The translations under genes were made by a program, and so were the position numbers. From the sequence record SRR22947725_5541: a DNA stretch of 56,283 nt. One strand, written 5' to 3'. The notes below the pieces were generated by a model. The model had not been told where the DNA came from, made no database searches, and was given only the letters and a program-made list of their open reading frames with translations. This document shows positions 29,998-39,093 of this stretch, piece by piece. Numbering within the stretch: the stretch's first letter is position 1; the number at the start of each line of letters is the position of its first letter.

Positions 29998-30498
29998 CTA
30001 TCTCAAAGTTTTTTTACTTAATAAAATGACACCGATCATGCCCACAAGCAGCAGCACACCCATGATTTCAAAGGGTAACACATAATCGGTAAACAAACTT
30101 AAACCCAATTTTTTGGTCGAGCCCACCGTCACGGCCTCCAGACCATCCCCAACGCCGGAGGTGACGATGGCTTTTATCAAAACGCCACCAATGCTGAGCA
30201 ATGCCAACATACCCACCGTAATACTGAAGTAATTCACGGGTCGTTTCTCCACTTCATGAATGTCCAACAGCATGATGACGAACAGAAACAGAACAATCAC
30301 TGCTCCGGCATAAACCATGATCTGCACCGCTGCCAAAAAGAAGGCGTTCAATAGAACAAACAGCCCAGCCATGGAAATAATGGTTAGCACCAGGAACATG
30401 GCACTCGTCACCGGATTCCGCGTAAAGGGATTTGCCACGACCAAAAAGCCGCAGACCAGCGTCAGAGCAGAAAATATATAAAACAACAATGCTTCCAT
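29998..30498 (-). CDS. nuoJ: NADH-quinone oxidoreductase subunit J
   Basis: NPVTSAMFL, QIMVYAGAVIVLFLFVIMLL and YVLPFE. Confidence 0.95.
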   Translation of the reverse strand: MEALLFYIFSALTLVCGFLVVANPFTRNPVTSAMFLVLTIISMAGLFVLLNAFFLAAVQIMVYAGAVIVLFLFVIMLLDIHEVEKRPVNYFSITVGMLALLSIGGVLIKAIVTSGVGDGLEAVTVGSTKKLGLSLFTDYVLPFEIMGVLLLVGMIGVILLSKKTLR

Positions 30499-30592
30499 GG
30501 ATTTAAATCATTCTTTGCAGCTCGTTTGTCCCTTACTGCTTTTGTTGCTTGTCGTGACCATTGTGCTCATTGAATCTATGGGGCAGGTTAAT

Positions 30593-31123
30593 TTAGTGTG
30601 ATTGTTGAGCCTTGGCATTCGCTGCCTTTTTGTCCCACTTTTTGATACTACTTTCTTTCACACCGCCAAGTTCAAGAAGCGTGGTCTTGTCGTAAATCAT
30701 CTCTTCTCTTGATTCACCTGTGAGTGAATAATCCTTTTGAAGAAAAATAGCTTCTTCAGGGCAGACCTCCTGACAGTAACCGCAGAAAATGCAGCGGAGC
30801 ATGTTGATATCAAACTGTTCAGGCTCTTTTTCGATGTTGCCGCGCTCTGCGTTCACTTCCGGCCCCGGAGGGGTGATTTTAATCGCTTTGGGTGGACATA
30901 CAAACTCACACAGTTGACACGACACGCATTTGGTCCGGTCTTTTTCATCTTTGACCAAATACGGAGCGCCTCGATATCCCTCCGGCACTGTCCACTTTTC
31001 TTCAGGATACTGCATGGTCACCTTCTTCTTGAAGAAATGAGAGAGGGTGACCTTGAATCCGCCTATGAGGGCGGGGATATAAAGTTTTTCAAACCAGGTG
31101 AGGGGATTGCGTTTAATGATCAT
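30593..31123 (-). CDS. nuoI: NADH-quinone oxidoreductase subunit I
   Basis: TMQYPEE plus two ferredoxin motifs, CVSCQLCEFVCP and CIFCGYCQEVCP. Confidence 0.95.
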   Translation of the reverse strand: MIIKRNPLTWFEKLYIPALIGGFKVTLSHFFKKKVTMQYPEEKWTVPEGYRGAPYLVKDEKDRTKCVSCQLCEFVCPPKAIKITPPGPEVNAERGNIEKEPEQFDINMLRCIFCGYCQEVCPEEAIFLQKDYSLTGESREEMIYDKTTLLELGGVKESSIKKWDKKAANAKAQQSH

Positions 31124-31142
31124 GCGTGTGTTCTCCTCTCGA

Positions 31143-32228
31143 TTAAAGGTGTTTTATCCACAATATGGTGGCTGTAATGATGATGTTTGCTAGAGCTAGC
31201 GGTAAAAATGTTTTCCACCCAAGGTCCATCAATTGATCGTATCGAAATCGTGGAAGCATCCATCGAATCCATATGAACAATCCCATGAAGACTGCCACTT
31301 TGGCGAGAAAAACCAGAATGTGAATCAGCCCCCCCCCGAACGTGCTGGCAGTTTCATTCAGTCCGAAGAAAGGTAACGTCCAGCCACCAAAGAAAAGCAC
31401 TACCATCAGGGCTGAAACTGAAATCATCGCCGCATACTCACCCATGAAGAAGAGAGCAAACTTCATTGAACTATATTCTGTATTGTAACCGGATACGAGT
31501 TCCGTCTCGGATTCAGGCATGTCGAAAGGCAGCCTGTTGGTTTCAGCAAAAGCAGAGACCAGAAAGATGACGAAAGCAATGGGTTGTTTGAAAATCAGCC
31601 AGGCTCCATTTGCCTGGTACTCGATCACTTTGCCAAGATTCAGTTCTCCCACCAGCATGAACACCGGAACTGCCGCCATTCCCATCGCAATCTCATAGGA
31701 AATCATCTGTGCACTTGCTCGAACGCCACCGAAGAATGGGTATTTGGAGTTGGAAGCGTAACCTGCGATGACAATGCCATAAACCCCCAGAGACACCACG
31801 CTGAAGGTATAAAGAATACCCACGTTCAAATCGGCGATCACCATGGATTGGTTGCCGAGTTTGGATCCGAACGGAATCACGGCAATGGTCAGAAAAGCCG
31901 GTATCACACTTAGTGCCGGAGCGAGTATGAAATAAGCCTTTCGAACATGCAATGGAGTGAAGTCTTCCTTCAGTATCGACTTCAATCCGTCAGCCATAGG
32001 CTGGAGTAATCCGAAGGGGCCCACACGATTCGGCCCCACGCGATCCTGAATCGCGGCACTGACACGCCTTTCCAGCATGACCGAGTATGCGATCATTGGC
32101 AGAAGTATCCCTATGGCCATGACGACCTTCAGGGCGCTGAACATCAGAAACGGGCCCCAGGGACCCAATAGCGAGTTCTGCACTGTATCGTGCATGACGG
32201 CGGCTATTGTTGGATCGTGAAATACCAT
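31143..32228 (-). CDS. nuoH: NADH-quinone oxidoreductase subunit H
   Basis: QDRVGPNRVGPFGLLQPMADGLK, AQMISYE, AETNRLPFD and PRFRYDQLM. Confidence 0.96.
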   Translation of the reverse strand: MVFHDPTIAAVMHDTVQNSLLGPWGPFLMFSALKVVMAIGILLPMIAYSVMLERRVSAAIQDRVGPNRVGPFGLLQPMADGLKSILKEDFTPLHVRKAYFILAPALSVIPAFLTIAVIPFGSKLGNQSMVIADLNVGILYTFSVVSLGVYGIVIAGYASNSKYPFFGGVRASAQMISYEIAMGMAAVPVFMLVGELNLGKVIEYQANGAWLIFKQPIAFVIFLVSAFAETNRLPFDMPESETELVSGYNTEYSSMKFALFFMGEYAAMISVSALMVVLFFGGWTLPFFGLNETASTFGGGLIHILVFLAKVAVFMGLFIWIRWMLPRFRYDQLMDLGWKTFLPLALANIIITATILWIKHL

Positions 32229-32248
32229 GTTTTGTCTTCGCTCTTCCC

Positions 32249-33964
32249 TTAAATTTTAATATCCGCACCCAGACTTCCCAGGTCCTTCCATTGGATGCCG
32301 CCAAAGGCAGAATTGTTTGCGCTCATTTCGTTAAACAAGCCTGGTAGCGTATCCGCTGGTTTTTCGTTTGTGACATGAACTACCAATTCACGCAACCATT
32401 CCCAGTCCGGCCTAGCTTTACCCGGAGCTTCTATGGCTTTCATGAATTTTTGCACACGGCCTTTTCCATTGACGAATGAACCGCGTTTCTCGAGATGAGC
32501 ACATCCCGGTAACAGGAAGTCAGCCTTATCTGCTGCATGGCTGCCAAGGATGTCGCTGACGACCAGTAGATCCAGCTTGGCGAGCAATTCGTCATTCATC
32601 CCGACGCGAGTGATGTTTTCACCAAAAGACAATAAGGTCTTGATGCGTCCTTCTGAAATACCTTCGTCGATTTCCGGGATCTGAATGCCCATTTCACTGA
32701 AAGCAATTCCCATTGCACGAGCACCATTGCTGTTCGGGTTTTTATCCGATTGCACAAGGAAATCATCGCCCTCACCCTTACGGGGAACGCAATCGGTGAT
32801 CGCGTCAAAATGATTTGCCAGTAATTTGATGAGGTAAAGCTCTTCGTTGCTCGCGCGGGCTGATGCGATAATGGCGACTGATCCTTTTTCGCATTTGGAA
32901 AGTCTTTCGGACAGTTCCTGAATGATAGTGACCCATTCGACAGAGCGTGATTCTGAGTTGCGGTTCCTGATGAGGCATTCCTTGAGCCGGTCTTCACGAT
33001 GAACCCACTTATAATTCAACCGACCTTCATCACACATCCAGGACGCATTGACCGCATCGTTGTCGCGGGGCTCATAACGGTAAACTTTGTTTTCACGAGA
33101 ACCGACCTTGATATTACACCCAGTAGAGCAGCTTGTGCAGATCGATTCGGTCTCTTTCATAAACCAAACTCTCATCTGGAAGCGGAAATCTTTCGATGTC
33201 AGCGCGCCTACTGGGCAAAGGTCGACCGTATTTAAAGTATAATTATTATCGAACTTTGAGCCAGGGTATGAGGCGATGGTATTATAGCTGCCGCGATTGA
33301 CAATACCCAGAGCATCATCATGTGCCACATCCCGGGTGAAACGAATGCAGCGTGTGCACAAAACACATCGTTCGTCATCCAGCATGATACGCGGTCCCAG
33401 ATCAACTTGCTTGGGCTTGCTGACTTTATTTTCTACGAACTGGCTCTTGGCCTGACCGTGCTCCATGGAATACTCCTGAAGCTTGCATTCACCTGCCTGA
33501 TCACAAATGGAACAATCCAAAGGGTGATTTATCAGGAGAGACTCCAGTATACCCTCACGCATCATCTTCGTATTATCCGAATCGGTGTGGATTTCCATAT
33601 TGGGAGCGACTGGAGTCGCACAAGCGATGGCACCCCGCGGCAATGATGGGTCATAGGGAAGAACACCTTTCTGAATCTTGGGTGTTCCATCCTGGTTTAA
33701 AATGGGTTTGCGATCCCTGCCCATGGCTGGCATTCCGATTTCAACCAGGCACATGCGACAATTACCAGCTACCGGGAGCTTGGGGTGGTAGCAGTAATGT
33801 GGGATTTCTTTCCCCACTATCTTGCAGGCCTGCAAAATAGTGGTTGGTATTGGGTTTCCCTGCCAGTCTGGTGTCGTCTTTGGGACCTCCACGGTTCTGC
33901 CATCCACTTTTACAGTGACAGTTTCGACAGGTTTGATTTCAGCTTTGGTCGTTTCGTTAGCCAT
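32249..33964 (-). CDS. nuoG: NADH-quinone oxidoreductase subunit G (short, 571 aa)
   Basis: CYHP..AGNCRMC (N1b), NHPLDCSICDQAGEC (N5), CVLCTRC..CPVGAL (N4) and CTSCSTGC..MCDEGR (N7). Confidence 0.93.
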   Translation of the reverse strand: MANETTKAEIKPVETVTVKVDGRTVEVPKTTPDWQGNPIPTTILQACKIVGKEIPHYCYHPKLPVAGNCRMCLVEIGMPAMGRDRKPILNQDGTPKIQKGVLPYDPSLPRGAIACATPVAPNMEIHTDSDNTKMMREGILESLLINHPLDCSICDQAGECKLQEYSMEHGQAKSQFVENKVSKPKQVDLGPRIMLDDERCVLCTRCIRFTRDVAHDDALGIVNRGSYNTIASYPGSKFDNNYTLNTVDLCPVGALTSKDFRFQMRVWFMKETESICTSCSTGCNIKVGSRENKVYRYEPRDNDAVNASWMCDEGRLNYKWVHREDRLKECLIRNRNSESRSVEWVTIIQELSERLSKCEKGSVAIIASARASNEELYLIKLLANHFDAITDCVPRKGEGDDFLVQSDKNPNSNGARAMGIAFSEMGIQIPEIDEGISEGRIKTLLSFGENITRVGMNDELLAKLDLLVVSDILGSHAADKADFLLPGCAHLEKRGSFVNGKGRVQKFMKAIEAPGKARPDWEWLRELVVHVTNEKPADTLPGLFNEMSANNSAFGGIQWKDLGSLGADIKI

Positions 33965-33970
33965 GTGGAG

Positions 33971-35386
33971 TTAATTCGCTGAGTTTACTGTACCTTTTTG
34001 GTTGGACTCCAGTTGCGCTGCTTCATCTGCAGCACCTCTAGCCTCGAATTCGTCTTTGAATTTTTTGACAAAACTAAGCACAGGCCATGAACAAGCCTCG
34101 CCAAAAGCGCATATTGTGCGGCCTTGAATGTTCGTCGCAATGTGTGTCAGATAATCTGCATCCTCTTTTCTCCCTTTGCCGCTTGTCATGCGATTCAATG
34201 CCTTGCTCATCCAGAGAGAGCCCTCTCTGCATGGCGTGCACTGGCCGCAGCTTTCATGCGCGTAGAAGGCTGAGACATTTGCCAGCGCTTCCACGATGTC
34301 CACGCTGTCATCCATCACGATAATCGCACTGGATCCCGACATGGTTCCTGCGGCCATGAGCGAATCAAAATCATAAGGTAGATCCAGTAAATCCACCTCT
34401 ACGGATTCCAGTTCTCCGTCCTTGTTGGGGCGTTTCATCTGGAATTTTTCTCCTGCTTTCAGGACTTTCGCAGATGAGCCTCCTGGAATGATCGCTTTCA
34501 AAGTTCTGCCCTCGAGCAAACCGCCACCGAAAGCGTCATCAAAAATCAACTCACCAATCGTTGCCTTGCCTACTTCGATTTCGTAATAACCCGGCTTCTT
34601 CACCATGCCGCTCAAGCTCACGATACGAGTGCCCGTATTCCGGGGAGTTCCTAACTTCGCATACTCAGAGCCACCCATGTTCATGATATGGCCCACGGCG
34701 CAAAGTGTTTCGACGTTGTTCACGATTGTTGGACACATGTAAAGCCCCAAAACCGCCGGGAAATAGGGAGGTTTGATGCGGGGATAGGCTCTTTTTCCCT
34801 CCAGAGATTCGATCAGTCCTGTCTCCTCACCGCAGATGTAAGCGCCTGCTCCGCGATGCACATGGATCTCCAGATCGTATCCGGTTCCCAGGACATTCTT
34901 GCCGAGGAATCCTTTTTCTCGAGCCTCATCTAGCGCCTTGTTCAGAATGCGTGCACCTTCAGGAAACTCTCCGCGGATATAGATGTAGGCAAGATGCACG
35001 TCATTTGCAAATGCACTGATGATCATGCCCTCAACTAACTGGTGAGGATCTTTATGGATGATCTGCCTGTCCTTGAAAGTACCCGGCTCAGATTCATCTG
35101 CATTACAAATCATGTAAATGGGCTTACCGCTCCGACGGTCCACAAACGACCATTTGAGACCGCAAGAAAATCCTGCCCCACCACGCCCTCGGAGCCCACT
35201 GGACATGACCTCGTCTCGGATTTGTTCCTGAGGGGTTTTTGTTTTACCGTCGTCGGTCTCTTTGGCCTTCAGCGCGATGGATTTTTTTAACGCTTCGTAG
35301 CCGCCGTTAGTCATATAGCAGTCAATGTCCGGAGTGTATCCGGGCTTGTCTGCATTCTTCAATATGAGTCGAAATTCTTTAGGCAT
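33971..35386 (-). CDS. nuoF: NADH-quinone oxidoreductase subunit F
   Basis: GRGGAGF, NADESEPGTFKDR, GAYICGEE, SCGQCTPCREG and TICAFG. Start moved to MPKEFR because the track start overlaps a tRNA. Confidence 0.96.
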   Translation of the reverse strand: MPKEFRLILKNADKPGYTPDIDCYMTNGGYEALKKSIALKAKETDDGKTKTPQEQIRDEVMSSGLRGRGGAGFSCGLKWSFVDRRSGKPIYMICNADESEPGTFKDRQIIHKDPHQLVEGMIISAFANDVHLAYIYIRGEFPEGARILNKALDEAREKGFLGKNVLGTGYDLEIHVHRGAGAYICGEETGLIESLEGKRAYPRIKPPYFPAVLGLYMCPTIVNNVETLCAVGHIMNMGGSEYAKLGTPRNTGTRIVSLSGMVKKPGYYEIEVGKATIGELIFDDAFGGGLLEGRTLKAIIPGGSSAKVLKAGEKFQMKRPNKDGELESVEVDLLDLPYDFDSLMAAGTMSGSSAIIVMDDSVDIVEALANVSAFYAHESCGQCTPCREGSLWMSKALNRMTSGKGRKEDADYLTHIATNIQGRTICAFGEACSWPVLSFVKKFKDEFEARGAADEAAQLESNQKGTVNSAN

Positions 35387-35405
35387 TGAAATCCATTCTG
35401 GTTGC

Positions 35406-35433
35406 TTGACTCCAAAAATCGTTTTGCTATGTT
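35406..35433 (+). promoter_or_regulatory. Putative promoter of tRNA-Gln
   Basis: TTGACT (35406-35411), 16 nt spacer, extended TGc-TATGTT (35428-35433), 18 nt before the tRNA. Confidence 0.6.
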
Positions 35434-35451
35434 TTCGCGTCTTAAGTTTTT

Positions 35452-35525
35452 TGCCGGATGGTGTAATGGTAGCACAGCAGTCTCTGAATCTGCTTGTCAT
35501 GGTTCAAATCCGTGTCCGGCAGCCA
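35452..35525 (+). tRNA. tRNA-Gln (anticodon CTG)
   Basis: Acceptor TGCCGGA/TCCGGCA-G-CCA, D arm GTGT-AATGGTA-GCAC, anticodon loop CT-CTG-AA, T loop GTTCAAATC, encoded CCA, 74 nt. Confidence 0.93.
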
Positions 35526-35557
35526 CCCCGTCTACAAACGATAGTTTCTTCTTTTGA

Positions 35558-36043
35558 TTATGGGCATTGATTGATGATCGTGTCTGCTTTCTCCTGACTG
35601 ACACCTTCGTGAAATTCATTATTGCACATTATGACAGGGGCTGTGCCACAACTAGCCAGGCACTCCACGAACTCCACTGAAAATTTGCCGTCTTCCGATG
35701 TCTGAAGCCCATGATTATCGGCATCCAAACCCAATTTGGAGCATACATGCTTATGGAGTTTTCCCGAGCCACCCAATGCGCAGCTCAATGTACGGCAAAC
35801 CTTTAGCACGTATTTACCTGCCGGCTCCTGCCTGAACATTGGGTAGAAAGTAACAAGCTCGTGAACATTGATTGGTTTTAGCTCAAGCTTCTTTGCAATC
35901 CATTCGATGCTTTCCTTGGAAACATGACCAAAGTGTTCCTGCAATGCGTGCAGAAGCATCATCGAAGCACTTCGCTTTTCTGGATAATGAGTGATCAGTT
36001 CTTCGATCTCGCTCTCCAGCTTTTGAGGTATGTTCAGACTCAT
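35558..36043 (-). CDS. nuoE: NADH-quinone oxidoreductase subunit E
   Basis: VTFYPMF, VCRTLSC and ECLASCGTAP (2Fe-2S ligands). Confidence 0.94.
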   Translation of the reverse strand: MSLNIPQKLESEIEELITHYPEKRSASMMLLHALQEHFGHVSKESIEWIAKKLELKPINVHELVTFYPMFRQEPAGKYVLKVCRTLSCALGGSGKLHKHVCSKLGLDADNHGLQTSEDGKFSVEFVECLASCGTAPVIMCNNEFHEGVSQEKADTIINQCP

Positions 36044-37308
36044 CTGTCGCTTTCTCCCATTACAAAATCGATTGAACCCAAAATCGCCACGACATCACTC
36101 ATCATTTCTCCCTTCAACAAGTAAGGAAGCACACTAAGATTCACGAACGACGGGGCACGGATTTTCATGCGGTTCGGTGTTCCTCCACCAATACTGTGTA
36201 TGTAAAATCCAAGTTCCCCTTTTGGGTTTTCAGCACCAAAATAAACTTCCCCGGAAGGGACGTTGACTCCCTGAGTCACCAACATGAATTGATGAATCAA
36301 TTCTTCCATGCTACTGAGCACTTTATCCTTGGCAGGAAGAACTGTCTTCCCATCGTCTATGCTAACAGGGCCTCCTGGAAGTTTGTCCAGACATTGACGT
36401 ATGATTTTGGCGCTTTGACGCATTTCTTCCATACGCACAAGGTATCTGTCATAGGAATCGCCCTTGGTCCCGACTGGAACCTCAAAATCCAATTCAGGAT
36501 AAACGAGGTAGGGGTTGCTTTTTCTCAAATCGTGTTCCACGCCGGATCCCCTCAGATTTGGGCCGGTGATTCCGTAATCAATAGCAATGTCTCTTGGCAA
36601 TACTCCGACCCCCTGCGTGCGGTCTACAAAAATTCTATTTCGAGTCAGGAGTGTTTCAGTCTCATCGAAATTGAATTCCACTTCTTCCAGGAATTTTCGA
36701 CATTGATCTACCCAACCATCCGGAAGGTCACGTGCAATACCTCCAATCCTCGTAAAGGAAGTAGTGAATCTGGCTCCTGTCAGTGATTCACACAGATTGT
36801 AAATTTTTTCACGTTCGGTAAACGTATGAAGAAATACAGTCAATGCTCCCACGTCCATTGCAAAGGCTCCAAGTCCCAGCAGATGAGCGGAAATACGTGC
36901 TAACTCGCAGCAGATAACACGTATGTATTGGCCTCTCTCAGGCAGCTGTTTGTCGATCCCCATCAGTTTTTCAACCGCAAGGGCATAGGCGACGTTGTTG
37001 GCTAGTGGTGCGAGGTAGTCCAGTCTGTCTGTATAGGGAACAAACTGGTTGTAAGTCATGCTTTCGGCAATTTTCTCATCGCCTCGGTGTAGATAACCCA
37101 CATCCGGACTGGCCTTGGTGATGATTTCACCATCAAGCTCCAAGATAATGCGTAGCACGCCATGGGTCGAAGGGTGAGAAGGGCCCATGTTGAGGATGAG
37201 TTTTTCGCCCATCATCTCCTCCTGACCCTGCACCTCAGCGGACTCGATACCATCCAGCGTTCTGCCGGCGGCGTCCTTTATCTCCAGGTCTTTGATTTCT
37301 GGTGCCAT
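36040..37308 (-). CDS. nuoD: NADH-quinone oxidoreductase subunit D
   Basis: NMGPSHPSTHGVLR, GYLHRG, DRLDY, ENPKGELG and D.VMGESDR. Confidence 0.97.
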   Translation of the reverse strand: MAPEIKDLEIKDAAGRTLDGIESAEVQGQEEMMGEKLILNMGPSHPSTHGVLRIILELDGEIITKASPDVGYLHRGDEKIAESMTYNQFVPYTDRLDYLAPLANNVAYALAVEKLMGIDKQLPERGQYIRVICCELARISAHLLGLGAFAMDVGALTVFLHTFTEREKIYNLCESLTGARFTTSFTRIGGIARDLPDGWVDQCRKFLEEVEFNFDETETLLTRNRIFVDRTQGVGVLPRDIAIDYGITGPNLRGSGVEHDLRKSNPYLVYPELDFEVPVGTKGDSYDRYLVRMEEMRQSAKIIRQCLDKLPGGPVSIDDGKTVLPAKDKVLSSMEELIHQFMLVTQGVNVPSGEVYFGAENPKGELGFYIHSIGGGTPNRMKIRAPSFVNLSVLPYLLKGEMMSDVVAILGSIDFVMGESDR

Positions 37309-37410
37309 GCTAATCTTCTTTTAAAATGTTACTTCTGCTAGTTTTCCCGGTCCTGACCCTCGAAATGGGCATGTAGTATCTTGTTTCCGAGCAAACGATA
37401 TTTTCAGTTG

Positions 37411-38004
37411 TTAATCTACTGTGCGCGCCCTTGGTTCACGTAAAGTAGTATGTGGTTGTCCTGGAGAAGTTACAAAAGGTCCACCTTCCATAGGTGCCTT
37501 TTCAGTGAATGCAACATCTGGCAGCTCGGTTTCTTTGCCCTCCAGAGGAAAATCCTTCCTCAATGGAAAGTAAGGATAGCCTTCCCACATGAGGATACGT
37601 CTTAGATCCGGGTGGTTCGTGAAGCGAATACCCATCATGTCGTATGTTTCGCGTTCATGCCAATCAGCCGTTTTCCAAACTTTTTCTACAGAAGGCACTT
37701 CACAATTCTCCTCTTCAACAAACACTTTCAAACGTAGATAAGTCTTGTTGGTCATACCGTAAAGCTCGTAGACCACGGAAAACCGAGGTTCTTCGCCCAG
37801 ATGATCCACTCCTGATAGATCCGTCAGGCAATCGAAACCAAGTTCATTTTTTGCGTAATTGCAGATCTCAGCGATTTTCGTCTTGTCATTGACCACAAGC
37901 GTGCATTCGCCCCTGAACTCGTAGATTTCCGAAAGCAAATCACCGAACTTGGCTTTCAAGTCGTTCGCCAGTTTTGCAGTTTTTTCGATGCTTGCGTCGC
38001 TCAT
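37411..38004 (-). CDS. nuoC: NADH-quinone oxidoreductase subunit C
   Basis: ADWHERETYDMMGIRF.NHPDLRRILMWE and PLRKDFPL. Start moved to MSDASI. Confidence 0.94.
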   Translation of the reverse strand: MSDASIEKTAKLANDLKAKFGDLLSEIYEFRGECTLVVNDKTKIAEICNYAKNELGFDCLTDLSGVDHLGEEPRFSVVYELYGMTNKTYLRLKVFVEEENCEVPSVEKVWKTADWHERETYDMMGIRFTNHPDLRRILMWEGYPYFPLRKDFPLEGKETELPDVAFTEKAPMEGGPFVTSPGQPHTTLREPRARTVD

Positions 38005-38032
38005 ATTTTTTATAAATGAATACTTGTTTAAG

Positions 38033-38575
38033 TCACTTGACGTGAGCACCTGCGAGAGCATCCGGTTTAGGTGCCTTGTGTGTCCTTATCAAAGGCTCTT
38101 TTGCGACCTGCTTCTGCAGTTTCATCAACGCATCCAGCAAAGCCTCCGGTCGGGGAGGGCATCCTGCCACATAGACATTCACTGGCACAATCTTGTCCAC
38201 ACCCTGCAAAACGGAGTAACTGCGATACATACCTCCAGTGGAGGCGCATGCTCCCATGGCAATCACCCACTTGGGTTCTGCCATCTGATCGTAGATGCGC
38301 CTCAGCGCCAGGGCCATCTTGTAGGTCACAGTGCCTGCTACTATCATAAGATCAGACTGACGTGGTGAAAAACGCATCACTTCCGAGCCGAATCTTGAAA
38401 TATCGAACCTACTGGATCCCGCTGCCATCAATTCGATGGCGCAGCAAGCCAATCCCATCGGCATCGGCCACAGGGAATTCTTCCTAAACCAATTCAGCAC
38501 GGCATCGACCTGAGTGACTATCACGTCTCCTTCGACTTTAGTGTTGTATCCTATTTCTTTTTGTGATGGATTCAT
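38033..38575 (-). CDS. nuoB: NADH-quinone oxidoreductase subunit B
   Basis: [25 protein letters not shown] and GCPPRPE. Confidence 0.96.
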   Translation of the reverse strand: MNPSQKEIGYNTKVEGDVIVTQVDAVLNWFRKNSLWPMPMGLACCAIELMAAGSSRFDISRFGSEVMRFSPRQSDLMIVAGTVTYKMALALRRIYDQMAEPKWVIAMGACASTGGMYRSYSVLQGVDKIVPVNVYVAGCPPRPEALLDALMKLQKQVAKEPLIRTHKAPKPDALAGAHVK

Positions 38576-38610
38576 TGTGATCTAATCAGAAAGCCCCTCC
38601 AGTTTCTTGC

Positions 38611-38639
38611 AAGCTACCGAGAGCTTAAAAGTGGTGCAA
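38611..38639 (-). promoter_or_regulatory. Putative promoter of the nuoB-N operon
   Basis: Minus strand TTGCAC (38639-38634), 17 nt spacer, TAGCTT (38616-38611). Confidence 0.45.
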
Positions 38640-38645
38640 GTGAAT

Positions 38646-38663
38646 TTGTGATTTTTTTCACAA
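38646..38663. promoter_or_regulatory. Palindrome TTGTGA-N6-TCACAA (Rex operator-like or CRP-family site)
   Basis: TTGTGATTTTTTTCACAA contains an exact TGTGA-N6-TCACA and matches 13 of the 14 defined positions of the Rex consensus TTGTGAAnnnnTTCACAA. Confidence 0.7.
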
Positions 38664-38782
38664 GCGTTATTGACGAGTCTAGATGGGTTCTGATAATCAT
38701 ATTTCCAGCATTAATAATGTGTTGCGTTAATTTGGGGCGTTTGAGCATGCAAACTGCTGAAAAACAGCAGTTTAAAAGTTTA

Positions 38783-38857
38783 GGCGGAGTAGCCAAGTGG
38801 TAAGGCAGGGCTCTGCAAAAGCTCTATGCGTCGGTTCGATTCCGACCTCCGCCTCCA
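38783..38857 (+). tRNA. tRNA-Cys (anticodon GCA)
   Basis: Acceptor GGCGGAG/CTCCGCC-T-CCA, anticodon loop CT-GCA-AA, T arm GTCGG-TTCGATT-CCGAC. Confidence 0.96.
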
Positions 38858-39093
38858 TCCCTTAATGCTTAATGAGTGGTTTTTCTCAGGGTAGTGCCTG
38901 CAGGTTTTGGTTTTGAAAAGAGTTTTTGTTTCTTTCCTTGCCTTGCTTGCGGCTAATCCTAAAGTGGTGCCGCTTTTTCTGTGAAATAAGTGGTTTTTCT
39001 ATTGGGGCCGCTCGTTTCGATGAAATGAGCGGCATTGGTGAACAACAGTTTTGTTCCGCTTTTATTAACTTAATATTAACTATAGATATCTGA

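Noticed and set aside
35452-38857. nuoB-E block between two tRNAs as an integrated mobile element
   Set aside because: No integrase, no duplicated tRNA 3-prime end (att) that I could see, and the genes are core and in canonical order with nuoF-N.
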